Positions 40,779 through 53,119 of a stretch of DNA of 64,000 nt are shown piece by piece. The translations under genes and the position numbers were made by a program. The notes below the pieces were generated by a model. It ran no database searches, was not told the origin of the DNA, and saw only the letters and a list, made by a program, of their open reading frames with translations. This DNA comes from an uncultured delta proteobacterium (lineage in GTDB: Bacteria; Desulfobacterota; Binatia; DP-6). The number at the start of each line of letters is the position of its first letter. The first letter of the stretch is position 1. The stretch covers positions 1,312,001-1,376,000 of the forward strand of contig CAWFFN010000005.1 in the NCBI GenBank assembly GCA_963815115.1. Reading direction: 5' to 3'.

Positions 40779-42107
40779 CTAGTAGACCACCTGCAGCTGG
40801 GCGAGCACCACCGACCGCCGATACTGGAAGACCGGGATGTTCGAGTTGTTGATGGTGCCGTAGTACGTGAGGGCCAGGTTGAGATGGGGGCTCAGCACGC
40901 GTGAGACCTCCGCGAAGAAGACGTGCTCGTGGTCGACGCGGTTGGTCCGGAACGCCACGAAGCTGTTCAGCTCGGGGTAGTCGTCGTACTGGAACAGGTA
41001 GGTCAGCGCGACGCTGGTCTGCCACCAGGCCGGGAAGTAGATGCCGGCGTGCACCTGATAGGCACGCTGCCGGAAGTCGTTGCCCGCCATGCTGCGCGGC
41101 TGCTCGTTCTCGAACTGGAAGCCGAGGGTGAGGTAGTGCTCCGGGTCGCGGAACAGGAACTGGTTCACGCCCGCCGTGTAGTCCGGACCGTCACGGATGT
41201 CCCGGAAAGGCTGGGCGAGATAGTTCCGGTACTCGAAGCGAAACATGCCCTGCGTCTGCCCCCATGGCGGTTCGAGCAGCGTCAAGTAGGGCGTGATGAT
41301 GGGCTCCTGCATGTATGCCGAGCTGCCGAGGGCGTAGTGCCCGTAGAGGGCCTGCAGGTTGGCCCACAGCCACGGACGTATCGCGTAGGCGCCGGTGCCA
41401 CCGACCTCGTTCGCGCGGAAGTCGAAGCTGCCGGCGTCGGTGTTGAGGGTCTGGTAGAAGTCGTATTGCAGGCGGAGCATCGCGTCGCCGCGACGCAGCG
41501 GGTCGTAGTGACCTCCGAGGTCGAGCGTGAAGAAGCCGGTGCCGGCGCCGTGCGGATCCAGCTTCACGTTGCTGTCGTAGCCGACTCCCGTGCCCGCATA
41601 GAACCCCCATTGCTTGCCCGGGGCGACGACGCTGGACGGCCGTTCGCCGCGGGTGCGCGCCAGCGTGGTCAAGGCCCGCGTGCTGGTGGCGAGGCCCGGA
41701 GACATCGCCACGGCCCGATCGAGCAGGCGCGTGGCTTCGACCGTGTCCCCGGCTTCGAGGGCGGATTGCCCGAGTCGCAGCGAGACCAGGCCGAGCTCGC
41801 GCTTCGCCTCGGCGAAGTCCGGCTTGCTCGCCAGGGCTTGCTCGAAGGCACGGCCGGCCTCCTCGAGGCGGCCGAGCCGCACGAGGGCCCGACCGAGGCC
41901 GTACGCCGCCGCGGCGTCACGCGGATCGGCCGCCGCCGCGTCCGCGAAGTCCCGCCGGGCGTCCTCGAAGCGGCCGGCGTTGTACGCGGCACGTGCGCGC
42001 GCTACCAGGAGCTCCGAGCGCTCGGAGGCGCGGGCGACGCCAGGGGCGAGCGCCAACACGACCAAGGCGCTTCCGAGCGCGATCAGTCGCCGATGCCGTC
42101 CCGCCAT
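40779..42107 (-). CDS. TPR-repeat protein with C-terminal outer-membrane barrel
   Basis: Signal peptide, TPR helices, GVGYDSNV barrel start, C-terminal LQVVY. Confidence 0.8.
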   Translation of the reverse strand: MAGRHRRLIALGSALVVLALAPGVARASERSELLVARARAAYNAGRFEDARRDFADAAAADPRDAAAAYGLGRALVRLGRLEEAGRAFEQALASKPDFAEAKRELGLVSLRLGQSALEAGDTVEATRLLDRAVAMSPGLATSTRALTTLARTRGERPSSVVAPGKQWGFYAGTGVGYDSNVKLDPHGAGTGFFTLDLGGHYDPLRRGDAMLRLQYDFYQTLNTDAGSFDFRANEVGGTGAYAIRPWLWANLQALYGHYALGSSAYMQEPIITPYLTLLEPPWGQTQGMFRFEYRNYLAQPFRDIRDGPDYTAGVNQFLFRDPEHYLTLGFQFENEQPRSMAGNDFRQRAYQVHAGIYFPAWWQTSVALTYLFQYDDYPELNSFVAFRTNRVDHEHVFFAEVSRVLSPHLNLALTYYGTINNSNIPVFQYRRSVVLAQLQVVY

Positions 42108-42396
42108 CGTCCCCCTTCGGGTGTCTGCGACGGTTGGCTTGATAGCAGCCCGCTGCCTTGCCGACAAGCGGCTGCGATTTCTAGGCATGGCTCTCGGCCG
42201 CGCTGATTCGCGTCCGACTCGACGCGGCCTCCTCGCCGCGGGAGCGACTCACCGACGACTGCTTGCGAGTCCACTCCGTTGGGAACTGCGTTTCAAAGCT
42301 ACCGCAACTCCCCGCCGTGATTGACAGGACGCAAGCATGTGCCCTACCTTTGGGATGTGGCTGCGGCCGACCTCCGGCATCCCTGACGGAACGACG

Positions 42397-45297
42397 ATGC
42401 GCGTCGCGAGCGGCTTCCGCGGTGTGCTCTGTGCAGTGCTCGCGGGGCTCGCCATGGCCCGCGCGGGTCTGGCGCAGACCGTGATGCCGCCATCGATCAG
42501 CCTCCCGCCGGCTTCAGCCGTCTGTGCACCGGGCGCGCAGACGCTGCAGGCCTGTCTCACGCTTCCGGCTGGGCCGAGCGCGGTCGACATTTTCTATCTG
42601 TTCGGTTTCGGAGTCCCGGTGACGTCGCTGCTCGGCGACCTGGCGGCGAACCTCGAGCCCGTCCTGCCTGGCGTCGAATTCGGCATCGGCGCGGGAAATC
42701 TCGGCGGCTACGGGGGAGCCGGGGACGACTACAACCTGGAATTCCCTGCCAGTCGACCGTTGATCCTGAACCAGCCCATCGTCACGGCGGCGGCTGCAGG
42801 AGGTTCGGCGAGCCGTGATGCGCTCGTCAACGGCGCCCTCGGCCTCGCCTCGCCCAGCGTGGGTGGCAGCTGTATCCGCTCGAACAGCGTCGAAGCCCTC
42901 TACCAGATCGCGACGGGCGTCGGCTTCGATGGCGACGGCGACGGGTCGACCACCGGGATCGGCGGCCTTCAGACCGCCGCTGCCGACATGACGAAGACGC
43001 ACCCGGACGACAGCGGTGACATACCGGCTTTCGCGACGCTCGCACCCGGGGTGATCACCGCTGGACGCGTCGGTGGCGCCGGCTTCCGACCCGACGCGCT
43101 CAAGCTGATCATCGTGGCCACGGACAACGGCTCCGTCGAGGTGTTCTCCGGGCTCCCCCCGGCCTCCATCACGGGGCCAGGCGGCACGGTGCCGGTCGGC
43201 GATTTCGAGATCTCCACCGATGACTGCGGTTCCCCCCCGATCGGCCCGGCCGGTGATGCGAAGAGATCTGCCGACAATACGGTTCCCGATGCGGTCGCTC
43301 CGCTGGGCGCGGCGACGCTGCCAGCGGCGGTGGATGCGCTCGGCGCGGCAGGAATCCGCGTGCTCGGCCTCGGACCGGGCGCGGGACCGCGGCCGCTCGG
43401 CTCGGGGCCGGTCAGCGACCCGAGCGACCCGGCGAACCCCTCGGTGTTCCTGTCTGCCATCGCGCGCGTGACGGGCGCGGTGGACGCGACGGGAACGCCG
43501 CTGGTGGTCGACAGCGACGCCGGGCAGCGTCCCCTCAGGGACGCCGTCGTTCAAGCCGTGGAGCCGCCGCCGGTTGGCGTCGCTCTGACCGTCGCCGGCG
43601 CGATCCCCGCCGGGCTGTCCGTTGCCGTCGCACCTTCTCTCGTGTCCGGTGTCGCGCCCGGCGGCCAGGCCTGCTTCGACGTGACCTTCGCGAGCGCGAC
43701 GGTCCCGCCGGCAGGCAACTTCGCCCTCGAGTTCAGGGATTCGGCCGGCGGCGCGCTGCTCGGCACGATCCCCGTCTCCGTGGACTGCGGCGTCTGCAGG
43801 GCCGCCCAGGAGTGCGACGACGGGAATCCCTGCACGGACGAGACCTGCACGGGCGGACGTTGCGCGCGCACGAACAACACGGCGCCCTGCGACGACGGGG
43901 ACGTCTGCAACGGCGGCGATGCGTGCAGGGACGGCATCTGCACGCCCGTCGGGGCGCAGGGATCGTCGTGTGCCGCGAGCGTGCTCGGGGCCTTCCTCCC
44001 GAACTACCGCGACGGCACCATCGCCGCGCTGGACGTGGTGAGGGATCGACTGCTCGTGAGCCCCTCTCCCCAGGTCGGTCCGAGAGGAGCGCCGTGGGGG
44101 GTTGCCGTCACCCCGGACGGTCGAACCGTCTACGTGTCCAACCGGGTCAAGCGTGGCAGCCTCTCGGTGGTCGACACGGCCGACCCGACACACGTCGAGG
44201 TCGCCTCGATCGAGGTCGGGAAACGTCCGGTCGGGATCGCCGTTCACCCCGACGGGAGTCGAGTCTACGTCGCGAACCTCGACAGCCGAACGGTGTCCGT
44301 GGTCGACGCAACGACGAGGGCCGTCAAGACCATCAAGGTGGGCAAAGGCCCAGCCGGAATCGCCGTGAACTCGCAGGGCACCAGGCTGTACGTCACCAAC
44401 TACCGTGGCGACAGCCTGTCCGTCATCGACGTCGCCGACAGGCGCGATCGCGTCGTCAAGACGATCGCCGTTCCCGCGGGACCGATCGGAGTCGCAGTCG
44501 ATCCGAGCGGTACGCGGGTCTACGTCGCGAGCTATCTCGCGGCGCGGGTCACGGTCGTGGGCACCGCGAGCAACATGGTGATCGACACGATCCGGGTCGG
44601 CTCCCACCCCGCAGGGGTGGCCGTCGACTCTTCGGGCAGTCATCTCTTCGTCACGCACGCGCAGGCGAACAGGACCTCCGTCATCGACGCCGGACAGGAT
44701 CGGGAGATCGCTCGCGTCCGCGTCGGCCGCTTCCCCTTCGGCCTCGAGGTCGCCCCCGACGGCAAGGTCTTCGTGGCGAACACCAGAGATGGAAGCATCT
44801 CCGTCGTCGATCCGACCAAGGATCCGGAGCATCCGGAGGTTCATCCGCTGGAGACCCCCCTCGGTGGTCTCCCGGTCTCGCTGGGCACGTTCCTCGCCGT
44901 CGATCCGCGCACCTGCCCGGCGCCCGCGCTCCAGTGCGACGACGGCGATCGGGACACGCTCGACTCTTGCGTGGCGGTGCTGGGTTGCCGGCATGCCACT
45001 CAAGACAGCGCGCTGGACGCGTCCCGCACGAACGTCGACGCGCTCGCCAGCACCTATCGGCAAGGGCAGAGCGACCTGACGGTCGGCAGCACCGCGCAGG
45101 CGAATCGCGTCGGTACGCTCATCGGCGACGCGCAGAGAGCGCTCCACGCCGCGCCGGCGGACGTGGCGTCTGCGAAACGGACGCTTCGCGAGCTGATCGG
45201 CCTTCTCGAGGGCGGGGTCGCCGGCATGCAGCCACGGTTGACGAGTCGCCTGCTGGACCTGTCGCGGGCGGCGGCGCTCCAACTCAGGGCCTCGTAG
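42397..45297 (+). CDS. large secreted protein: VWA-like domain, Cys-rich CDDGNPCT repeats, YVTN/YncE beta-propeller
   Basis: GFRPDALKLIIVATD; CDDGNPCTDETC, CDDGDVC; repeated P.G.AV.PDG..VYV.N...SVSVID. Confidence 0.8.
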   Translation: MRVASGFRGVLCAVLAGLAMARAGLAQTVMPPSISLPPASAVCAPGAQTLQACLTLPAGPSAVDIFYLFGFGVPVTSLLGDLAANLEPVLPGVEFGIGAGNLGGYGGAGDDYNLEFPASRPLILNQPIVTAAAAGGSASRDALVNGALGLASPSVGGSCIRSNSVEALYQIATGVGFDGDGDGSTTGIGGLQTAAADMTKTHPDDSGDIPAFATLAPGVITAGRVGGAGFRPDALKLIIVATDNGSVEVFSGLPPASITGPGGTVPVGDFEISTDDCGSPPIGPAGDAKRSADNTVPDAVAPLGAATLPAAVDALGAAGIRVLGLGPGAGPRPLGSGPVSDPSDPANPSVFLSAIARVTGAVDATGTPLVVDSDAGQRPLRDAVVQAVEPPPVGVALTVAGAIPAGLSVAVAPSLVSGVAPGGQACFDVTFASATVPPAGNFALEFRDSAGGALLGTIPVSVDCGVCRAAQECDDGNPCTDETCTGGRCARTNNTAPCDDGDVCNGGDACRDGICTPVGAQGSSCAASVLGAFLPNYRDGTIAALDVVRDRLLVSPSPQVGPRGAPWGVAVTPDGRTVYVSNRVKRGSLSVVDTADPTHVEVASIEVGKRPVGIAVHPDGSRVYVANLDSRTVSVVDATTRAVKTIKVGKGPAGIAVNSQGTRLYVTNYRGDSLSVIDVADRRDRVVKTIAVPAGPIGVAVDPSGTRVYVASYLAARVTVVGTASNMVIDTIRVGSHPAGVAVDSSGSHLFVTHAQANRTSVIDAGQDREIARVRVGRFPFGLEVAPDGKVFVANTRDGSISVVDPTKDPEHPEVHPLETPLGGLPVSLGTFLAVDPRTCPAPALQCDDGDRDTLDSCVAVLGCRHATQDSALDASRTNVDALASTYRQGQSDLTVGSTAQANRVGTLIGDAQRALHAAPADVASAKRTLRELIGLLEGGVAGMQPRLTSRLLDLSRAAALQLRAS

Positions 45298-45310
45298 CGT
45301 CCGGCCCTGC

Positions 45311-46639
45311 TCAGTCGAGCTGCCGTCGCACGGCGGCGACGTCCCGGGCGAAGAGCGCCGGATCATAGGCCGCGGGATCCTGGAGACCCTTGAACACCTG
45401 TTTGATCGCGTCCTGCAGGCCGCCGGTCTCCGGCGGTGCGACCGGACATCCCTGCACGGGCGGCGCCGGCTGCCCGGCTTTCCACTGTATCCAGCTGCGC
45501 GCCGAGGCGAGAGCGGCGAGCGACCACGCGATCTGCTGCGCGCCGCGGAAGCCGGGCGGCGGCTTGCGGGGCGCGGTCAGGTCGCGCAGCACCGCGTTGA
45601 TCTCGTCTTCATGCAGGGCACCGCTCTTGCTGCGCGCCAGCAGGTGGTTGGCCGTTGCCTGCATGGCCGCTGCGACGGGCTCGACCGGCTCACCGCGCTG
45701 GCTCTGCGCGGCCAGCTGCTGGTACCGGGCGATGTTCTGCCGCAGCAGCTCCGCGCGGTCGGCGTCGACCGCGGACGCGAGCGGATCGACTCCCAGCCAG
45801 CGCGACGTGTCGAACGGCGGGTGCCCGCCGACCCCGCGCAGGGGACGTGCTCCGCTCGGGTCGAGCGGATGATGGCAGGTGAAGCAGTCGTACTGCGAGA
45901 ACTCCGGCCAGGCCTCGCGGCGCTGGCGCGTCAGCGCGTCGGCAGCCACCCGCAGCGCGACCGCCTGCCCGGCGGCCCAGGCACCGCCGTCGAACCAGTG
46001 GGCGTTGTCGGGGTGCAGCTTCCAGTGCGGCGGCATGTTGGCGGCGAACGAGTCCAGCTCGAAGACCAGCGCCGGGTGCCCGGCGGCGATCATGGCGTGG
46101 TCGACGGTCTTGCGGGCGCTCCCGAGGTGGCATTCGAGACAGGTGCCGGCGGCCACGGCGGGCTCCGTGGTGTCGGTCATGTGGAGCTGCCTCTTCCGCT
46201 CCTCGATCCCTGGCTGCTCGTGCCAACCCTTCTCCGTGTGCTCCTTGATCCACGATCCGGCCGGGCCGTGGCACGCCTCGCAGCTGACGCCGTCGGCCAG
46301 GCGCGGGCCGTCGGGCTTCTCCGGCACGTTGAGCGCGTGGCAGTCGAGGCACTTGTCCGCCTTCCACGGCTTTTCGGTCATGCCCAGACCGCGGGCGATG
46401 CTCAGCGAACGCGGCTCGTGCAGCACCGCATAGCTCGAGGCGTGGCGATCGCAGCTCCGCCACGTGGCGTACTCGTTCTGGAGGACCCAACGGCTGTCGG
46501 CGCGCGCCGTGACGCTGCCGTGGCAGTTGGGTGACGCGCACGATCCGGCCCCTCGATAGTCGCCGTCGGGCACGACCTCGCCGCCGGCGGCCGCGGCAGT
46601 CGCGAGACATGCCACAACGAGGGTCACGCCCAGCCTCAT
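45311..46639 (-). CDS. multiheme cytochrome, c554-like family
   Basis: Signal peptide; CASPNCH (CX4CH), CLDCH, GVSCEACHGP, CLECH, CFTCH; DHAMIAAGHP. Confidence 0.88.
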   Translation of the reverse strand: MRLGVTLVVACLATAAAAGGEVVPDGDYRGAGSCASPNCHGSVTARADSRWVLQNEYATWRSCDRHASSYAVLHEPRSLSIARGLGMTEKPWKADKCLDCHALNVPEKPDGPRLADGVSCEACHGPAGSWIKEHTEKGWHEQPGIEERKRQLHMTDTTEPAVAAGTCLECHLGSARKTVDHAMIAAGHPALVFELDSFAANMPPHWKLHPDNAHWFDGGAWAAGQAVALRVAADALTRQRREAWPEFSQYDCFTCHHPLDPSGARPLRGVGGHPPFDTSRWLGVDPLASAVDADRAELLRQNIARYQQLAAQSQRGEPVEPVAAAMQATANHLLARSKSGALHEDEINAVLRDLTAPRKPPPGFRGAQQIAWSLAALASARSWIQWKAGQPAPPVQGCPVAPPETGGLQDAIKQVFKGLQDPAAYDPALFARDVAAVRRQLD

Positions 46640-46776
46640 ACCGACTCGATCCTTCGCAGCATGCGGGTAGCGCATGCAAGCCGCTCGAGTCAAATCTAGC
46701 AAGTAGCCAGCCGGACATGGCGGCCGGTCACTGCCAGACACTGCCGGCCGAGTTCCCGCGGCCTTCGCCCGAGGGC

Positions 46777-48237
46777 TCAGTCGAGATGGAAGAACTGCTT
46801 GATCCGGGCCAGGAGCTGGTGCTGGGCGTCCGCCGGCGCCTCGGAGGGTCTGTCGCGCACCCCCTGGAGCTCCCGCTGCCGGCGGGCGAGGAGGGGGGCG
46901 ATCTCCTCGGCCAGGCGGGGCCGCGTCTCGAGGAGCCGGCGCACGGGCCGGTGATCGACGACCCAGCACGCAACGTCCGAGACGGCCAGGCACGTGGCAT
47001 TGCGCCGGTCCCCGGTCATCAGTGACATCTCGCCGAAGACGTCGCCGGGGCCGAGGCGGGCGACGTCCCGGCGCCCGTCTCCGCTCAGCACCTCCACATG
47101 ACCGCGCTGGATGATGAAGAGCGAGTCGCCGGGATCGCCCTCCCGGATGATCTCCTCGCCCTCCGTGAAGAGCGCCGGTCGCATCGCCGCCGCCAGGCCG
47201 GCGCGGTCCGTCTCGTCGAGGCAGGAGAACACCCCGACCCTTGCCATCGCCTGCGTGCGATCGGCCAGCTCGTTCTCGTCCTCTGCCGAGGCGGGCTGGG
47301 AGCCGCCGAGCAGGGTGCGGATCGGGAAGGGGATCTCCAGGCCGTGGCGGTGCGCTGCGTACCAGACCCGCGTACGTACGGAGGAGCGCGTCACCTCCTC
47401 GCGCAGGAAGTCGCTCGTCCAGAAGCGTAGCGTGTAGCCGACGGCGCTGTCGCCGAAGTTCGCCGTGAGGCAATCCGGAGTCGGCTCGGCGAGGACGCCC
47501 GGTGTGCCGCGGGCGGCATCGAGCAGTACCCGGTGGACCTCCCGCGGGGGGTGGCGGTAGTGGAACCCCACGTCGATGGTCAGCCGGTGCTTGCCGGGCG
47601 GCTTCGACAGGTTGATCACCTTGCCGCTCACCAGCTCGCTGTTCGGAACGATGACGGTCGAGCCGTCGCGAGCGAGCAGCATGGTCGAGCGCCAGCGGAT
47701 CTCGATGATCGCTCCCTCCTGCTCTCCGATCCGGATCCACTCCCCGATGCGGATCGAATCGTCGACCTGCAGGGCGACGCCGGCGAAGGTGTTCGCGATG
47801 GTGCTCTGGAGCGCGAGGCCGATCACGCCGGTCAGGACGGCCGACGTGGTGACGAGCGAAGCGAGGTTGACCCCCGCGTTCCCCAGCAGGATCAGCAGCA
47901 CGAGGAAGAGCGCCAGGGCCTGGAGCAGGTCCCGCACGATGGAGGGCACGTGGACCGCGGCTCGCCCGAGCGCGAGATCGAAAACCACCACTCCCGCGAG
48001 GACGACCGCTCCCGTCGCAACGAGGACCGATGCCAGCAGGGCGAGGGGTCCCGTGGCGGCGGCCGGGAGGAGGTGCAGCGCACCCGCGACGATCAGGATC
48101 GCGACTGCGGCCGTCACGCGACGTCGTGCCGGTGCCGGGAGCAGCAGGCGGATGACCAGCCCCGTCACGATCAGGACGAGGACGAGGCGGAACTCGTTCG
48201 CTCCGAGGAGCGGGGGCAGGCGTTCCCACGGGCTCAT
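46777..48237 (-). CDS. MscS mechanosensitive channel with C-terminal cNMP-binding domain
   Basis: IGLALQSTIANTFAG, IGEWI, I.WRST, VPNS, IPFP; GDVFGEMSLMTGDRRNATC. Confidence 0.92.
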   Translation of the reverse strand: MSPWERLPPLLGANEFRLVLVLIVTGLVIRLLLPAPARRRVTAAVAILIVAGALHLLPAAATGPLALLASVLVATGAVVLAGVVVFDLALGRAAVHVPSIVRDLLQALALFLVLLILLGNAGVNLASLVTTSAVLTGVIGLALQSTIANTFAGVALQVDDSIRIGEWIRIGEQEGAIIEIRWRSTMLLARDGSTVIVPNSELVSGKVINLSKPPGKHRLTIDVGFHYRHPPREVHRVLLDAARGTPGVLAEPTPDCLTANFGDSAVGYTLRFWTSDFLREEVTRSSVRTRVWYAAHRHGLEIPFPIRTLLGGSQPASAEDENELADRTQAMARVGVFSCLDETDRAGLAAAMRPALFTEGEEIIREGDPGDSLFIIQRGHVEVLSGDGRRDVARLGPGDVFGEMSLMTGDRRNATCLAVSDVACWVVDHRPVRRLLETRPRLAEEIAPLLARRQRELQGVRDRPSEAPADAQHQLLARIKQFFHLD

Positions 48238-48393
48238 GTCAGCTTCCGAGGGGTCGCCTTAGCCGTTGACCGCGGTGCCGGCAACCGTGAGGGCCGCCGC
48301 CTTCCCATGAACCCGAAATCGGCTACACTGTCGCTCCCCCGCGCCGGATCGATCTCACCCTCGGCGTGGCGGCTGACGAAGGGAGCGGAGGCG

Positions 48394-50568
<2,175 letters not shown>

Positions 50569-50590
50569 GGCCGTCGCGGGTGGGCCGGGC

Positions 50591-51652
50591 TCAGAGACGG
50601 ATCCAGCGGCCGTCGGTGGAAGCCGTGCGGGCGGCATCCATGACGCGCTGACACGCGGCGCCATCGGCGAACGTGGCGGGAGCGGCGTGCCCGACGGGCA
50701 GGCCGTCGATCAGGTTCGCGAAGTGCTCGGCCTGACGGACGAACGCCGGGAGCTCGACGGCGGCGAATGGTCCCATCCACGGTGCCGTGGCGACCTCGGG
50801 CAAGCGGAGGTCGTCGGGGATATCGACCGCGGCCTCGTGTCCGTCGCGGCCGGCACGCCAGAGGCGGCCGCCCGCGATCCAGCAGGTGGCATCGGAGCCG
50901 GCGATGCGCAGCGTTTCGAAGCGGTCGCCCCAGGTGGCGGCGCTCTGCTGGAGAACGCCCTGGGCGCCATCGCGGGTGCGGAAGAGGAGCGCATAGGTGT
51001 CGTCGGCCTGTCGAGCGATCCCCGCCGGCGCCGGCGCGCGGGCGTCGATCAGCGCCGTCACGTCGGCGATCTCGCCGAGCCAGACGCGGAGCGCGTCGAT
51101 CCAGTGCGAGCCGCACGCGCCGAGCCACCCGCCGCCCTCGGCGGCGTCGAACCACCACGCCGGCGGCGGACGCCACGGATCGACGTAGAGCGGCATCGTG
51201 CTGATCGCGGTGACCAGGTGTGGCGTGCCGAGATCGCCCCGCCCGATCAGGCGCGCCAGCATGGCGCGCGCCGGATCGAAGCGAAACTCGTGGTCGACCA
51301 GCGCGACGACGTTCCGAGCTGCGTCGCACATGGCGTCCGCCTCGGCCACCGTCCGCGCCATCGGCTTCTCGCAGAGGACGTGCAGGCCGGCACGCGCCGC
51401 CGCGACGACGGCGCCGGCGTGCGTGGCGGGCGGTGTCGCGATCGACACCGCCCGCAGGTCCGGAATGGCGAGCGCTTCCTCGAGCGTCCGGCAGGTCCGC
51501 TCGACCCCGCACCGCGCGGCGGCGCGAGCGAGGCGGTCCGGATCGCGCCCGACCAGCGCGACGACCTCGAACCGGCCGCTTGCCCGGAAGGCGGGAACCT
51601 GGATGCGGGCGCCGAATCCCGCACCCACGACGACGATGCGTATCTTCTCCAT
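50591..51652 (-). CDS. Gfo/Idh/MocA family oxidoreductase
   Basis: VVGAGFG, IATPP..H, HVLCEKPMA, GGGWL...GSHWID. Confidence 0.9.
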   Translation of the reverse strand: MEKIRIVVVGAGFGARIQVPAFRASGRFEVVALVGRDPDRLARAAARCGVERTCRTLEEALAIPDLRAVSIATPPATHAGAVVAAARAGLHVLCEKPMARTVAEADAMCDAARNVVALVDHEFRFDPARAMLARLIGRGDLGTPHLVTAISTMPLYVDPWRPPPAWWFDAAEGGGWLGACGSHWIDALRVWLGEIADVTALIDARAPAPAGIARQADDTYALLFRTRDGAQGVLQQSAATWGDRFETLRIAGSDATCWIAGGRLWRAGRDGHEAAVDIPDDLRLPEVATAPWMGPFAAVELPAFVRQAEHFANLIDGLPVGHAAPATFADGAACQRVMDAARTASTDGRWIRL

Positions 51653-51858
51653 GCTCGGGGCCAGGGTCGACCCGAAGGCGGCCGCGCCACGACGTCCCGT
51701 CCGCAGGACGACCAATCAGACGTCTAGCACTCGTCTAGCACCGTGGTGGTCGCACGAACCAGGTGCCTTGTCCCTGCGCGGTGGGCGGGCCGACTCTCCG
51801 AGCCGGGGGTGAACGGACCGCCAGCAGGGTCGGCGCGGCGAGCCCCGTGGTGAGCCCG

Positions 51859-51887
51859 TTGCGGGTGGTCCGGACCGGACATAGTAT
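51859..51887 (+). promoter_or_regulatory. sigma70-type promoter of ssrA
   Basis: TTGCGG - 17 bp - TAGTAT, about 20 bp upstream of the mature 5' end. Confidence 0.5.
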
Positions 51888-51907
51888 GGTCGGCGTGTTC
51901 CGCTCGC

Positions 51908-52259
<352 letters not shown>

Positions 52260-52382
52260 GTGAAATCAATAGGTTAGCGTCCCTGGGGGACGCGCTGGGG
52301 ACGCCAGCATCCCGCGGCGACCAGTGGGCACCCGAGAGCTCGTCGACGCGCTCGACATCGTTGCTTCGATGTTGGTGTCTAC

Positions 52383-52475
52383 CTACAGGCACCGCGTCCC
52401 CCGGAAGGCGGGGACACCGCTCATCACCTCCGGGTCGATGCTGATCGGGAGCTGCCGTAGTTCAGCCTCGTCCAT
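52383..52475 (-). pseudogene. DUF433 antitoxin-like remnant
   Basis: MDEAELRQLPISIDPEVMSGVPAFRGTR then frameshift/stop. Confidence 0.65.
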
Positions 52476-52750
52476 CTCCGAGCTGCATGAGCCGGAAGGA
52501 TACGCGACTCCAATTCCGTCCCAGCCTTGGTGGAGATGTGGCATGGTCCGGTGCGAGAAGCGCCTCCACGAACCGGCCCGTGCAAAACCTGGGAGCAGAT
52601 CGTACCGGCCGTTGCGCGCGCGGACGATTGAGAAGCGGCTTGCCAGAATGCCGCCCGCGCTGCGATACGAGGTGGGCTAGAGCCGGGGGCGTACCTCCAC
52701 GAGCCTGGCCGGGCATTGCGAGGTTACTTCCCCGACTTGAACTTTCCCGC

Positions 52751-53119
52751 ATGCGGAAGGGCGCGGCAAAAGTAAGACGGGACGGCCCCCGGCGGCCCAG
52801 CCAGGCTCACCTCGACCAACTCGTCGAGCAGGCCACGGTCGACGCCTACGGCGACTCCGAGCAGCGCTGCGGGCTGTTCACCATGATGGAAGACCGTCTC
52901 GCGCTGCCGTTCGATACCGAGGTGCTCGGCGTGCCGGTGACGGTCGAGCGGCTCGACCTGACCGCCGCGGACGAGGTGATCGCCATCTGCCGCCGTGGGC
53001 GAACGCGACAGCGGATCGGCATCCTCGACCTGCCGATGCCCAGCCCACCACCCCATGGTGCCGAGTGGATCGAGGCATACCGGTATTGGGCACAGGGACG
53101 TCCGAGCGGCGTGCGATGA
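52751..53119 (+). CDS. CcbP-like ('calcium binding') family protein
   Basis: EQATVDAYGDSEQ..G......L.LPF...VLG...AEWIEAYRYW. Confidence 0.7.
   Translation: MRKGAAKVRRDGPRRPSQAHLDQLVEQATVDAYGDSEQRCGLFTMMEDRLALPFDTEVLGVPVTVERLDLTAADEVIAICRRGRTRQRIGILDLPMPSPPPHGAEWIEAYRYWAQGRPSGVR

Noticed and set aside
45311-48229. 972-aa cytochrome ORF
   Set aside because: The N-terminal 530 codons are an off-frame shadow of the MscS gene; the cytochrome starts at 46639 with a signal peptide
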